Assembly: GCA_012799265.1 (NCBI GenBank)
Contig: JAAZLP010000073.1
Span: 1 to 43,315, forward strand
Direction of reading: 5' to 3'
Source: Phyllobacteriaceae bacterium
GTDB taxonomy: Bacteria > Pseudomonadota > Alphaproteobacteria > Rhizobiales > Devosiaceae
Length of the DNA: 43,315 nt
Shown here: piece by piece, positions 10,716-20,484 of the stretch
Layout of the letters: each line of letters opens with the position of its first letter
How positions within the stretch are numbered: position 1 is the stretch's first letter
Program-made: the position numbers and the translations under genes
The notes under the pieces: model-generated
The model's database searches: none
Seen by the model: the letters and a program-made list of their open reading frames with translations, nothing else
Told to the model about the DNA's origin: nothing

Positions 10716-11492
10716 ATGTATCCCCTGCTTGATCCCAGCCGCTTCGTCGTATTCATCACTGGCGCAACGTCTGGCTTTGGCGCTGCTGCGGCAAGGCGCT
10801 ACGTGGCTGCTGGCGGCAAAGTGATTGCCACAGGACGTCGAGAAGAGCGGCTGCTGGCACTGCAGGAAGAGCTAGGGGCCGACAATTGTCACGTCATCAC
10901 TCTTGATGTCCGTGACCGTGTCGCACTCAAAAAGGCTATCGAGAGCATCCCAGCGCCATTCGATGCCATCAACATCGTCCTGGCCAATGCGGGTCTGGCG
11001 CTTGGTCTGCAGCCTGCCGCGGAAACGGACCTAGACGATTGGCAGACCATGATCGACACCAATGTGTCCGGCCTCGTCTATACGGTCCGCCTGCTCCTGC
11101 CCGGAATGATCGCCCGTGGTGGCGGCCATGTCGTCACGCTGGGCTCGGTAGCGGGGGATTTCGCTTATCCCGGGGCGTCCGTCTACGCAGCGACCAAAGC
11201 TTTCGTAAAACACTTCGCTCTCGCAATCCGGTCGGACCTGCAGGGCAAGAATGTGCGAGTCACCAATATCGAGCCGGGCCTTACTGAAACGGAATTCTCG
11301 CTTGTGCGCTTCAAGGGCGACGAGAGCAAAGCCGACAATGTCTATGCTGGAACAACGCCTATGAATGCGGAAGACATCGCAGAAAGCATCTTCTGGGCAA
11401 CCTCTCTGCCGGCGCATGTAAACATCAATCGGATCCAGATGATGGCCACCACGCAGGCTATCGGACCCTTCGATATTTACCGCGACAAATAA
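10716..11492 (+). CDS. SDR family NADP-dependent 3-hydroxy acid dehydrogenase, YdfG-like
   Basis: TGATSGFG, NAGLALG, YAATK catalytic motif, RVTNIEPG...TEFSLVRFKGD and LPAHVNIN, all typical of the YdfG clade. Confidence 0.85.
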   Translation: MYPLLDPSRFVVFITGATSGFGAAAARRYVAAGGKVIATGRREERLLALQEELGADNCHVITLDVRDRVALKKAIESIPAPFDAINIVLANAGLALGLQPAAETDLDDWQTMIDTNVSGLVYTVRLLLPGMIARGGGHVVTLGSVAGDFAYPGASVYAATKAFVKHFALAIRSDLQGKNVRVTNIEPGLTETEFSLVRFKGDESKADNVYAGTTPMNAEDIAESIFWATSLPAHVNINRIQMMATTQAIGPFDIYRDK

Positions 11493-11546
11493 CCGTTCGC
11501 GCACCAAACGCTTGCGGCAGCCGATACTTTGCACATTAAGTGCAGC

Positions 11547-13742
11547 ATGCTCAGGTTGCCGCTTCTATCGCCATTCATTATTGCCGCGGTCGCCGCTTTT
11601 GCCGCGACCGCGAGTGCACTCATCCTGTTCCTCGCGGCGAACACGCCATGGCTGGGCACTCGGCTGACGCAAGCGGACGAGATCGTCCTCATGGATGGGC
11701 GACCGTTTGGGCTCGAGCCGAGCCTTGTCCTCGATAGTCTGGCAGCGGACGGCTTGCCTAAAGTCGATATCGTTGGGCGAGACGTGCTCGCGGAGCCGGA
11801 TAGCCTCTACACTTTCGCTGAACTCAATGCCTTCTATCAGCGTCAGGACCAGTTGTTCGGCCTGCTGTTACAACCTGAAGTCATTGCGAAAGTCCGCGAC
11901 CAGACCGGGGCAGCTCATCACCTGACGATAAAACCCAGCGCCACGCCGCTCTGGGCATTGCCCGTCAGTTTCTGGGTGCAATTCTTCACCGGGTTGATCA
12001 GCATCATCATCGCTGGGTGGGTGTGGGCTCTTCGCCCAAACCAGCTTGCACCGACGTTGTTCGCGATCTCGGGCCTTGGCGTCCTGATGGTGACCCTGAC
12101 ATCGGCCTATTATGCCCATCGCGGGCTGGCACTCCCCAGCCAGACCTATCAACTCATGTTGTCGGTGAACCATCTGGGGATCTTCCTTTTTGGCGGCGGC
12201 TTGATCGGGATGTTCCTTATCTATCCCAGACAGTTGGTCGGCCTGCGCTGGCTCTACGCGATACCGGTCGTTTTTGGCGCCCTTTATCTGGGTGACACTT
12301 TCCAGTTGGTGCTGGAAGCAGAGCATTTCTACCTGATTACAATGCTCATCACCGTGACGATCCTGGGCCTGATCGTCGCGCAATGGTGGGCAACGCGAGC
12401 TTCTCCACCAGACCGTGCGGTGCTCGGGTGGCTGGGACTATCCGTTGCCATCTCGGTCTCATTATTCTGCTTCCTCTCGATCGCACCGACCGTGCTGGGG
12501 TTAAACAGCCCGCTTTCTCAGCATTATGCTGCCGGCGCGATCGTAATCATCTATGTCGGCCTGGCCTTGGGCCTCCGGCGATATCGCCTGTTTGAGCTGG
12601 GCGGCTGGGCCTACCGGATCCTCTACTACACCTTCGGCGCCTTCCTGCTCTTGGTGCTGGATGGACTGCTGATCACGGGCCTCAACATGGAGCTCGCTCC
12701 AGCCCTGGCCACCTCGCTCCTGCTGGTCGGTTTGGTCTATCTTCCGATGCGGGACTGGCTGTGGCACAAGATTTTCACGCGTAGCCGGATTGAGCAGCAT
12801 GAACTGTTCTCGGAGGCGATGGATGTCGCCTTTGCCCCTACGCCTGATGAACGATCGCTGCGCTGGAGAGGCCTGCTACAGCGGCTTTTTGATCCGCTCG
12901 AAACAGAGGAAGTCGCTGAAGGTCCCCCCAGCCCGATGATTGAAGAGGAGGGTCAGGTTCTCGAGCTTCCTTCGGTCGTTGGCACCCCTGCGCTCAAACT
13001 TCGTTATCCCTTTGCAGGCACGGACCTGTTCCAGCCGGCCCAGCAAACCCTCGCAACCCAGCTTATCGCATTGACCGAACGGGCTGAGGAAAGTCGCGAG
13101 GCTTACATGCGCGGCGTGAGCGAGGAACGTCGGCGCATGGCGCGCGATCTCCACGATGATGTGGGCGCCCGCCTCCTCACCGGCCTCCACACGGCTGACG
13201 ACCGGACACGACCGGTGATCCAGGCCGCTCTGGCCGACATCCGCTCTATCGTCTCGGGTCTCGCTGGCGATGAAGCTTCGTTGGAGCGTGTACTCGCCGA
13301 AATGCGCCACGAAACGGCACGACGCCTTGAGGCTGCGGGCATTGAGTTCGATTGTCCCGCGCCTGATGGCGACCTGCCGGATGTCAGACTGGACTATCGT
13401 ATTCACAAGGCGATGACATCTACCGTTCGAGAGATCGTTTCGAACGCTATCCGTCATTCGGGTGCCACACGACTGACGGTTCTGCCGGAACTCTCGGATA
13501 GAGGTTTGCTCATGCGGTTTGAGGACAACGGCAGAGGTATTCCTGATGCAGCTATGAGCGGCAACGGGGACGGGTTTGGCCTCCGCAGTCTTCGTCAGCG
13601 CATTATAGACTTGGGCGGGACGATCCACTTCGAAACCGACAAGGGCACAGTGATTACAATCACGCTGCCACTGAGGCTCTCGGCCCGCCCCCCGGAACCG
13701 GGGGTGCCATCGACCGCGGCGAGGCTAGACTCTGCTCTATGA
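11547..13742 (+). CDS. Membrane sensor histidine kinase (HisKA_3/NarX-like)
   Basis: Many hydrophobic TM segments. H-box ERRRMARDLHDDVG, N-box EIVSNAIRHS, G-boxes DNGRG and GFGL. ATG 11547 preferred over TTG 11529; start is uncertain. Confidence 0.85.
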   Translation: MLRLPLLSPFIIAAVAAFAATASALILFLAANTPWLGTRLTQADEIVLMDGRPFGLEPSLVLDSLAADGLPKVDIVGRDVLAEPDSLYTFAELNAFYQRQDQLFGLLLQPEVIAKVRDQTGAAHHLTIKPSATPLWALPVSFWVQFFTGLISIIIAGWVWALRPNQLAPTLFAISGLGVLMVTLTSAYYAHRGLALPSQTYQLMLSVNHLGIFLFGGGLIGMFLIYPRQLVGLRWLYAIPVVFGALYLGDTFQLVLEAEHFYLITMLITVTILGLIVAQWWATRASPPDRAVLGWLGLSVAISVSLFCFLSIAPTVLGLNSPLSQHYAAGAIVIIYVGLALGLRRYRLFELGGWAYRILYYTFGAFLLLVLDGLLITGLNMELAPALATSLLLVGLVYLPMRDWLWHKIFTRSRIEQHELFSEAMDVAFAPTPDERSLRWRGLLQRLFDPLETEEVAEGPPSPMIEEEGQVLELPSVVGTPALKLRYPFAGTDLFQPAQQTLATQLIALTERAEESREAYMRGVSEERRRMARDLHDDVGARLLTGLHTADDRTRPVIQAALADIRSIVSGLAGDEASLERVLAEMRHETARRLEAAGIEFDCPAPDGDLPDVRLDYRIHKAMTSTVREIVSNAIRHSGATRLTVLPELSDRGLLMRFEDNGRGIPDAAMSGNGDGFGLRSLRQRIIDLGGTIHFETDKGTVITITLPLRLSARPPEPGVPSTAARLDSAL

Positions 13743-14404
13743 ACGATATTTCTGCTCCAGAAGCGGCGCGCCGATGCCTGCTTATTGAAGACCAGCCATC
13801 CACCAGGGAGTGGATGATCAGTGTTCTGCGCAAAGCGTTTTCCAACCTTGAGATCGAAACTGTTGGCACGCTCAAGGCAGGTCTCAGCTTCCTCACTGAA
13901 CGCGGAGAAGGGCTTTGGCTCGCGATCATAGATCTGGGCTTGCCCGACGGTTCCGGCATTGAAATCGTCAAGCGCCTGAGAAGCGAATTTCCCGATGTCA
14001 TCCCGATCGTTGCCACTATCTATGACGATGACGCGCACCTCTTCGAAGCGATATCGTTTGGCGCTCGGGGATATGTGCTAAAGGACGAGGAAGCCGATCT
14101 GCTCGTAAGCTATCTGCAGAGGATTGAGCGGGGTGAGCCACCGCTTTCGCCCTCCATCGCCTTGCGAATTCTCTCTCATTTCCAGGCACCCGCCAAGCAA
14201 CCGGATGATGAAGCAGGCTTGAGTCCCCGTGAGACGGAAGTCCTTACGCTGCTCGCGCGCGGGCTGACTGTCGCGGAGGCCGCGAAACGCCTGGGCCTGC
14301 AACCGCAAACGGTCGCTTCCTATGTGAAGGTGATCTACCAGAAACTCTGTGTTTCAAGCCGCGCAGAAGCTACCCGCGAAGCTATCCGCCGAGGCCTTGC
14401 CTGA
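13739..14404 (+). CDS. NarL/LuxR-family response regulator
   Basis: Receiver domain (LIED, DLGLPDGSG, GARGYVLK) plus LuxR HTH (LSPRETEVLTLLARG). ATGA overlap with the kinase. Confidence 0.92.
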   Translation: MNDISAPEAARRCLLIEDQPSTREWMISVLRKAFSNLEIETVGTLKAGLSFLTERGEGLWLAIIDLGLPDGSGIEIVKRLRSEFPDVIPIVATIYDDDAHLFEAISFGARGYVLKDEEADLLVSYLQRIERGEPPLSPSIALRILSHFQAPAKQPDDEAGLSPRETEVLTLLARGLTVAEAAKRLGLQPQTVASYVKVIYQKLCVSSRAEATREAIRRGLA

Positions 14405-14430
14405 CGGTCGCTCTGATCGATTGTGATTTT

Positions 14431-15462
14431 TCATAGTCGTAGGAATGCCGCCGTCTCAGGATCGACGGGAATCCCCTCACGCCGGCGACGACCCATCTCC
14501 TCCCACTCCCTGTCACCCGGCGCCATCACGCGGCCGCCTTCGCGCGATGGGGAACTGCGCAAGCTCGCCAGATAAGCGGCAATGGCTGTGGCAAAGGCCT
14601 CTCTCCCGACGTATTTTTCGGGATCAATGACGAGGACGAAGTGCCCCATATTGCGCGGCGTCGAGATGTCACTCGTGCCGTACATCGGGATGAAATCGGG
14701 ATCGAGGGTGGTTCCAGTCAGAAGCGCGGAAAACAAGGTCGCCACGCCCGCCAACGCAGCCCCTTTGAACCCGAAGTCGGCGCCGCCTAGTGGCAGCAGC
14801 ATATCGGCAGCGTGCGGGTCTGAGGTTGGCTCACCATCGGGCGTAGCGGCAACGCCATCGGGAAGCGGCTTATCCAACGATCTGTGCAGCAAGACCCGAT
14901 TGAGGGGGATCGAACTGGTTGCCATGTCGAGTAGCCAGGGTCGCGAGCCTGGTACGGGCGCTGCAAAGGCCAGCGGATTGGTGCCGTGGAATTTTTGCGC
15001 GCCGTCATAGAGCGCCACCATTGAGTCCGTATTGGTTGTGACAAAGGTGACAAAACCCGCTTCCGCGCCCGCCACGGCATAAGCGCCAGCCGCCCCGAGA
15101 TGGGACGAACGCCTGACGCCCACAGCGCCCACTCCGGCTTTTTGCGCGAGCTCCATGCCCACCTCGACGGCCCTATAGGCGGCGAGATGCCCCATGCCAT
15201 CATCTCCGTCGACCATGGCGCTGCCCGCAGCGCGGTGATCGACGCTGATCTGAGGGGATTTATTAAGCCTGCCGCCGGCCAGCATCCGACAATAATGCCC
15301 AGTCAGGCGGACGCCATGGCTATCAATGCCTACAAGAGAAGCATGCATCATCGCGCGGATCGCTGCTTGCCGCGAGGCCTCACTGGTCCCTGCTTCGGCC
15401 AGCCGCGTGTCCACATGCTCACGAAGGCGAGCCTCGTCAAACCGCTGCGTCCCCCTCTCCAT
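14431..15462 (-). CDS. Ldh_2 family (malate/L-lactate/sulfolactate/ureidoglycolate-type) dehydrogenase
   Basis: Motifs GIDSHG, SSHLGA, GTNPLAFA, DMATS and LLPLGG..GFKG. Start placed at ATG 15462, just after RBS GGAGGAGG. Confidence 0.85.
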   Translation of the reverse strand: MERGTQRFDEARLREHVDTRLAEAGTSEASRQAAIRAMMHASLVGIDSHGVRLTGHYCRMLAGGRLNKSPQISVDHRAAGSAMVDGDDGMGHLAAYRAVEVGMELAQKAGVGAVGVRRSSHLGAAGAYAVAGAEAGFVTFVTTNTDSMVALYDGAQKFHGTNPLAFAAPVPGSRPWLLDMATSSIPLNRVLLHRSLDKPLPDGVAATPDGEPTSDPHAADMLLPLGGADFGFKGAALAGVATLFSALLTGTTLDPDFIPMYGTSDISTPRNMGHFVLVIDPEKYVGREAFATAIAAYLASLRSSPSREGGRVMAPGDREWEEMGRRRREGIPVDPETAAFLRL

Positions 15463-15610
15463 CACTGGCCTCCTCCATAAGCAAATGCCGCATTCGCCAT
15501 AGAGGGCCTTAGAGAAGACCGGCGCAACCCCGTCGGGCAAAACAGCACGCTTTGTCTGGCACTCTGCGGTCGAAACCTATATTGGCTCAGATGAAATCTA
15601 GGAGTTGTCC

Positions 15611-16780
15611 ATGATCATCGAACCCAAGATCCGCGGCTTCATCTGCACCACTGCTCACCCGACGGGCTGCGCAACCAATGTTCAGCGGCAGATCGACCAT
15701 GTCGTGATCAAGGGCGCCATTCCGTCCGATCGCAAGCGCGTTCTCGTTCTCGGCTGCTCGACGGGCTATGGCCTCGCCTCCCGCGTCGTCACCACCTTTG
15801 GCTCTGACGCCGACACCGTTGGCGTTTCGTTCGAGCGCGAGCCGGGGGAAACCAAGCCCGCGTCGGCTGGCTGGTACAATAACCGTGCCTTCGAAAATCG
15901 CGCCCGTGCGGCCGGCCGCAAGGCCGTGACGATTGAAGGCGACGCTTTCTCGGATGCGGTCAAGGCACATACCATCGAAGCCATCAAGGCCAATCTCGGT
16001 CAGGTGGACCTCGTCGTCTATTCGCTGGCTTCGCCCGTGCGTACCGACCCGAAGGATGGCGTGACCTACCGTTCGGCCATCAAGCCCTACGGCCAGCAGG
16101 TCACCTCCAAGACGCTCAACACTGGCACCGGTGAAGTCTCCGAAATCACTGTAGAACCGGCGACCGAAGAAGAAGCTCAGGCGACCGTCAAGGTGATGGG
16201 CGGCGAGGATTGGGAACTCTGGATCGAGGCGCTGTCCAACGCTGGCGTGCTGGCCGACAATTTCCTCACCCTCAACTACACTTATCTTGGCTCCGAGCTG
16301 ACCTGGCCCATCTACCATAAGGGTACGCTGGGCAAGGCCAAGGCTGACCTCGACCGCGCCGCCAAGGCGATCCGCGCTGCGCATGGTGAATGCTCAGCGA
16401 ATGTGGTGGCCCTCAAGGCCGTCGTCACTCAGGCCAGCTCGGCCATTCCGGTTGTGCCGCTCTATGGCACGCTGCTGATCAAGGTAGAGGACGAGATGGG
16501 GCTGGGCGAAGGACCGATCCACCAGATCGACCGCCTGTTCCGCGAAAAGCTCCAGGGTAATGTCGCCGTTGACGAAGAAAACCGCATCCGCGTCGACGAC
16601 TGGGAACTCTCCGAGCCCATGCAGAAGGAACTGGCTCGTCGTTGGGAACTGCTCTCCACCGAGACACTGGCCGATCTCGCCGACCTGCCCAAGTATCGCG
16701 AAGAGTTCCTGAAACTCTTTGGCTTCGCCGTTGGCGGGGTCGACTATTCCAAGGATGTCGATCCGCGCGTGGTCGAATAG
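15611..16780 (+). CDS. fabV: Enoyl-ACP reductase FabV / trans-2-enoyl-CoA reductase
   Basis: N-terminus MIIEPKIRGFICTTAHPTGC, GCSTGYGLASR, YSLASP, VMGGEDW and the Y-X8-K motif YHKGTLGKAK. RBS AGGAG. Confidence 0.92.
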   Translation: MIIEPKIRGFICTTAHPTGCATNVQRQIDHVVIKGAIPSDRKRVLVLGCSTGYGLASRVVTTFGSDADTVGVSFEREPGETKPASAGWYNNRAFENRARAAGRKAVTIEGDAFSDAVKAHTIEAIKANLGQVDLVVYSLASPVRTDPKDGVTYRSAIKPYGQQVTSKTLNTGTGEVSEITVEPATEEEAQATVKVMGGEDWELWIEALSNAGVLADNFLTLNYTYLGSELTWPIYHKGTLGKAKADLDRAAKAIRAAHGECSANVVALKAVVTQASSAIPVVPLYGTLLIKVEDEMGLGEGPIHQIDRLFREKLQGNVAVDEENRIRVDDWELSEPMQKELARRWELLSTETLADLADLPKYREEFLKLFGFAVGGVDYSKDVDPRVVE

Positions 16781-16786
16781 GATTTC

Positions 16787-16810
16787 AGGGGCGCCTCGGC
16801 GCCCCTTCTC
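16787..16810. terminator. Hairpin, likely terminator between convergent fabV and epmB
   Basis: AGGGGCGC-ctcg-GCGCCCCT followed by TCTC (weak U tract). Confidence 0.6.
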
Positions 16811-17840
16811 ATTTAGGCGGATAGGCGTGTTCGCCGCCCTGCCAATCGCGCACAGTGAAATACCCATCGGTGCCGTTGAGAGAGGCCACCCGAATGTCGG
16901 CTTTGCCGTAGCCGCCCGGAATGTCGAGCACATATGTCGGCTGGCAAAGCCCGGAAATTCGTCCCCGCAGCGCCGCTACCAATGCCTGCCCCTCCTCAAT
17001 GCTCACCCGGAAATGGCTCGTGCCGGGTGCGAGATCGGGGTGATGCAGGTAGTAGGGTCGGATGCGGTTCTCGACGAAGCCGCGCATGAGTGCCGCGAGC
17101 GTTTCGACATTGTCATTGACGCCCTTGAGCAGCACCGTCTGGCTGATCAGCATGACACCGCCGTCGATGAGCCGGTCAAAGGCGTCTCTTGCTGCGCCCG
17201 TAAGCTCTCGGGGGTGATTGGCGTGAACGGCGAGATAGGTGGTCTTGCCGCTGGCTTTCAGCGCTTCGACCATGGCCGCGTCGATCCGCTCCGGCTCAAC
17301 CACCGGCACGCGGGTATGGAAGCGGACGACTTTGACATGGTCGATAGAAGCTAGCCGCTCCATGAGGTCGCGCAGGCGTCGCGGCGAGAGGACGAGCGGA
17401 TCGCCACCGGTGAGGATGACTTCCCAGATCTCAGCATGTTCGGCGATATAGCCGACGGCAGCGTCGAGCTCGGCTGATGTCAGCGTGCCGAGCCCCTGCG
17501 GTCCCACCATCTCGCGCCGGAAGCAGAACCGGCAATAGACCGGGCAGACATGCACGGCCTTGAGCAGCACACGGTCGGGATAGCGGTGAACGATGCCTTC
17601 CACCGGCGAATGGGTGAGATCGCCGATAGGATCGGCGCGCTCGTCTAGCGTCGTCGCCAGTTCGGCGGCAGAGGGGACATATTGGCGTGCAATAGGATCG
17701 TTCTGATCGTTGGGATCGATCAGGGACAGGACGGCGGTGGTCAGCGAGATGGCGTATCTTTCTGCCACTTCCTCAAGGCCGGTTGCATCCGCGACGAGAC
17801 CAGCATCAACGAGGCCCGCGATGGACTTGATGGCACTCAT
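16809..17840 (-). CDS. epmB: KamA-family radical SAM lysine 2,3-aminomutase (EF-P beta-lysylation)
   Basis: HRYPDRVLL, CPVYCRFCFRR (CxxxCxxC), ILTGGDPL, QTVLLKGVND and YVLDIPGGYGK. ATGA overlap with epmA at 17837-17840. Confidence 0.88.
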   Translation of the reverse strand: MSAIKSIAGLVDAGLVADATGLEEVAERYAISLTTAVLSLIDPNDQNDPIARQYVPSAAELATTLDERADPIGDLTHSPVEGIVHRYPDRVLLKAVHVCPVYCRFCFRREMVGPQGLGTLTSAELDAAVGYIAEHAEIWEVILTGGDPLVLSPRRLRDLMERLASIDHVKVVRFHTRVPVVEPERIDAAMVEALKASGKTTYLAVHANHPRELTGAARDAFDRLIDGGVMLISQTVLLKGVNDNVETLAALMRGFVENRIRPYYLHHPDLAPGTSHFRVSIEEGQALVAALRGRISGLCQPTYVLDIPGGYGKADIRVASLNGTDGYFTVRDWQGGEHAYPPK

Positions 17841-18895
17841 TCTGCCACCGGTGCCCAAAGAATCGCCTCAAGCCGTTGTGCCCCCGTCGCCAGCATCACC
17901 AAGCGGTCAAAGCCCAGTGCGACACCGCTTGCGTCCGGCATGAAATCCAGCGCCGCGAGGAAGTCTTCGTCTATCGGATAGCGCTCACCATAAAGGCGCG
18001 CCTTTTCCTCCATTTCCGCCTCGAAGCGTCGCCGCTGCTCGGCGGCATCGGTCAGTTCGCCAAAACCATTGGCGAGCTCGACGCCGCAGGCATAGACCTC
18101 GAACCGTTCCGACACACGGCGATCATCTGGTACGCGACGCGCTAGAGCGGCCTCGCAGGCTGGATAGCGATCAAGCACTGTGACGCGGCCATTGCCGAGA
18201 TTGGGTTCAACCCGATCCATCAGAATGAGCGAGAAGAGATAACTCCAACTGCGGTCCTCCGGCACCGACATCCCTTGCGCGAGCATCTGATCTGCAAGCA
18301 TCTCGCCGTCGGGAACACCTTCCTCATTCATTGTCGCTAGCAGGTCGATATCCGCAAACTGGCGGAAGGCGTCAGCAACGCTGACGCGCTCGGCCTCTGC
18401 GCGCGGATCACAGGTCCGGCGTCGGAATTCGAACTGTTTGATACCCGTGGTTTCAGCCGCAAGGCGGATAATGGCGAGTGTGTCGGCGATGATCGCGTCA
18501 TAGGGTTCACCCGCGCGATACCATTCGAGCATGGTGAACTCCGGGTGATGCAGCGCGGATCGTTCGCGATTGCGCCAGACGTGCTGAAGACTGGCGATAC
18601 GCTCTTCGCCTGCGGCCAGCAGCTTTTTCATCGTGAATTCGGGCGAGGTATGAAAGTACATTGCCTGCCCTGCCCCATCGTTGCCAATCATGGTGGTGGC
18701 AAAGGCGTGCAGGTGTGTCTCGTTGCCCGGCGAGCGCTGGAGGCCCGGCGGGTCGACCACGAGGAAGTCCCGCTCGGCCATCCAGAGACGAATTGCTGCG
18801 TCGATCCGGGCACGTGCGAGCAGTCCCTGCCGTAGGTCCGCATGGCGCTCAGGGTGCCACCAAGGCGTCGATCCGGTCATTTCTGGCGTGCTCAT
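17837..18895 (-). CDS. epmA: EF-P lysine aminoacylase (LysRS2 paralog)
   Basis: HTSPEFTMKKLLAAG, HHPEFTMLEWYR, ERFEVY..GVELANGFGELTD and GVALGFDRL. Adjacent to efp. Confidence 0.93.
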   Translation of the reverse strand: MSTPEMTGSTPWWHPERHADLRQGLLARARIDAAIRLWMAERDFLVVDPPGLQRSPGNETHLHAFATTMIGNDGAGQAMYFHTSPEFTMKKLLAAGEERIASLQHVWRNRERSALHHPEFTMLEWYRAGEPYDAIIADTLAIIRLAAETTGIKQFEFRRRTCDPRAEAERVSVADAFRQFADIDLLATMNEEGVPDGEMLADQMLAQGMSVPEDRSWSYLFSLILMDRVEPNLGNGRVTVLDRYPACEAALARRVPDDRRVSERFEVYACGVELANGFGELTDAAEQRRRFEAEMEEKARLYGERYPIDEDFLAALDFMPDASGVALGFDRLVMLATGAQRLEAILWAPVAE

Positions 18896-19026
18896 GGGCG
18901 GTTTCTTTAGGGACCGGTCTGGCGAAAAGGCGAGGAATGCTGTATCGGGCGCTCCACAACGGATTTTATCGGCGCCCGGACGGCACTGCCTCTAGACCGC
19001 GCCTGTGATTGGAACAAGGAAGAATT

Positions 19027-19596
19027 ATGGTCAAGGTCATCGCCTCGTCCCTGCGCAAAGGCAATGTCGTCGAACAGGACGGCAACCTGCACGTTATCCT
19101 CACCGCTGAAAACGTTCACCCGGGCAAGGGCAACTCGGTGACCAACGTCACCATGCGCCGCATCTCCGATGGCGTGAAGGTCATCGGCCGCTGGCGTACC
19201 GTGGAAATGGTCGAAAAGGCCGATGTTGATGATCGTGAATACGATTACCTCTACTCGGACGGCGAAGGCCACCATTTCATGGAGCCGGAAAGCTACGAGC
19301 AGATCACCGTTTCCGATGACATCATTGGCGACCAGAAGGCCTACCTCACCGATGGCATGAAGGTTCACCTGATGACGCATGAAGGCATTGCGCTCTCGAT
19401 GGAACTGCCGCAGCGTATGACCTTCGAAATCGTCGAAACCGAACCGGTCGTGAAGGGCCAGACAGCTTCCTCGTCCTACAAGCCAGCTGTTCTCAACAAT
19501 GGCCTGCGCGTCATGGTCCCCCCGCACATCGACGCTGGCACCCGCATTGTCATCCTGACGGAAGACAATTCCTACGTAGAACGCGCCAAGGACTGA
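19027..19596 (+). CDS. efp: Translation elongation factor P
   Basis: PGKG modification loop, [12 protein letters not shown] and [20 protein letters not shown] at 19027. Confidence 0.96.
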   Translation: MVKVIASSLRKGNVVEQDGNLHVILTAENVHPGKGNSVTNVTMRRISDGVKVIGRWRTVEMVEKADVDDREYDYLYSDGEGHHFMEPESYEQITVSDDIIGDQKAYLTDGMKVHLMTHEGIALSMELPQRMTFEIVETEPVVKGQTASSSYKPAVLNNGLRVMVPPHIDAGTRIVILTEDNSYVERAKD

Positions 19597-19628
19597 TCTC
19601 AGAGTCAATTTTTGCAATACCAAAAAGT

Positions 19629-19652
19629 AACGGGCCCTCGCGGGCCCGTTTT
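19629..19652. terminator. Intrinsic terminator after efp, probably bidirectional
   Basis: AACGGGCCC-tcgc-GGGCCCGTTTT, with an A-run upstream. Confidence 0.8.
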
Positions 19653-19657
19653 CGTTG

Positions 19658-19879
19658 TCAGTCCTCGTCCAGCGCGCGACCGGCATCTTGCCAGAATTTC
19701 TCTGCTCGTCCGGCTGGCGCACCTTCCGCCAGCCACCGATCATAGGCCATTTCGCGCTGCAATGCCTCTTTGGCTCTAAGCCAATATTCATTGGCGCGGC
19801 CCTCCGGGCGACCATCTTGCTCCCAGAAGAAATAGGCGGTCTGGCGCAACCGCTCGGCAATGGCCTTGTTTTTCTGCAT
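19658..19879 (-). CDS. DUF2934-type small protein
   Basis: IAERLRQTAYFFWEQDGRPEGRANEYWLRA matches the recalled DUF2934 pattern. A second partial copy follows (AYDRWLAEGAPAGRAEKFWQDA). Confidence 0.75.
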   Translation of the reverse strand: MQKNKAIAERLRQTAYFFWEQDGRPEGRANEYWLRAKEALQREMAYDRWLAEGAPAGRAEKFWQDAGRALDED

Positions 19880-19905
19880 GGCGCACCGACCGATTGATGA
19901 AGGGA

Positions 19906-20394
19906 TCAGGCAGCCTTGAGATTGACGGAAGCCTCAGCCAGCGAGCTGAGTTTTTCGTCGGTTGCCTTCTCTTCATCCAGCGTTGCAAGGAAGAGATTTA
20001 GCGCCTCCTTGTGACCCAGCTGCTTTGCCCAGGTCGCCAGGGTGCCGTAACGAGCGATCTCGTAATGCTCGACGGCCTGCGCTGCTGACACGAGACCGGC
20101 ATCAAGAGCCTGGGTGCCCTTGTACTCCTCCATGATCTCCTTGCCTTCCTCGATGATCCCAAGGATGGCGTCGCACGTCTTGCCGCGTGGCGCCTTGCCG
20201 AGTAGCTCGAACACCTGTTCCAGACGCTCGATCTGGGCTTCAGTTTCCGCAGCATGCTGTTCAAAGCCCGCCTTCAAATCCGGCAATACTGCCGCCTTGG
20301 CCATTTTTGGCAGAGCTTTGAGGATCAGCTTTTCAGCGTAATAGATATCCTTGAGCGTATCGAGGAAAAGGTCGTCCAGTTGCTTTTCAGCCAT
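19906..20394 (-). CDS. Ferritin-like DUF892 (YciE/YciF family) stress protein
   Basis: LKDIYYAEK, KTCDAILGIIEEG, AQAVEHYEIARYGTL and TLDEEKATDEKL. ATG 20394 follows GGAG. Confidence 0.92.
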   Translation of the reverse strand: MAEKQLDDLFLDTLKDIYYAEKLILKALPKMAKAAVLPDLKAGFEQHAAETEAQIERLEQVFELLGKAPRGKTCDAILGIIEEGKEIMEEYKGTQALDAGLVSAAQAVEHYEIARYGTLATWAKQLGHKEALNLFLATLDEEKATDEKLSSLAEASVNLKAA

Positions 20395-20431
20395 TTGTCT
20401 CGCTCCATGAATGGTGTGACGCTGGCCTAGC

Positions 20432-20456
20432 AACGATAAGGGGGCGACGAAGTTCC
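20432..20456 (-). promoter_or_regulatory. Sigma-EcfG (RpoE2/SigT) general stress response promoter
   Basis: Minus strand reads GGAAC-ttcgtcgcccccttat (16 nt)-CGTT, the alphaproteobacterial EcfG consensus, upstream of typical general-stress genes. Confidence 0.85.
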
Positions 20457-20484
20457 GCGTCTAACCGATGGGTCCGACGGGAGC

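Noticed and set aside
10716-11492. YdfG-like SDR as part of the pyrimidine regulon (malonic semialdehyde reduction)
   Set aside because: It lies 16 kb from the cluster and has only a half-site (GGTCAA) upstream, with no full palindrome.
16809-19596. epmA-epmB-efp cluster as a novelty
   Set aside because: This is the well-known EF-P beta-lysylation system, and lack of epmC is common outside Gammaproteobacteria.
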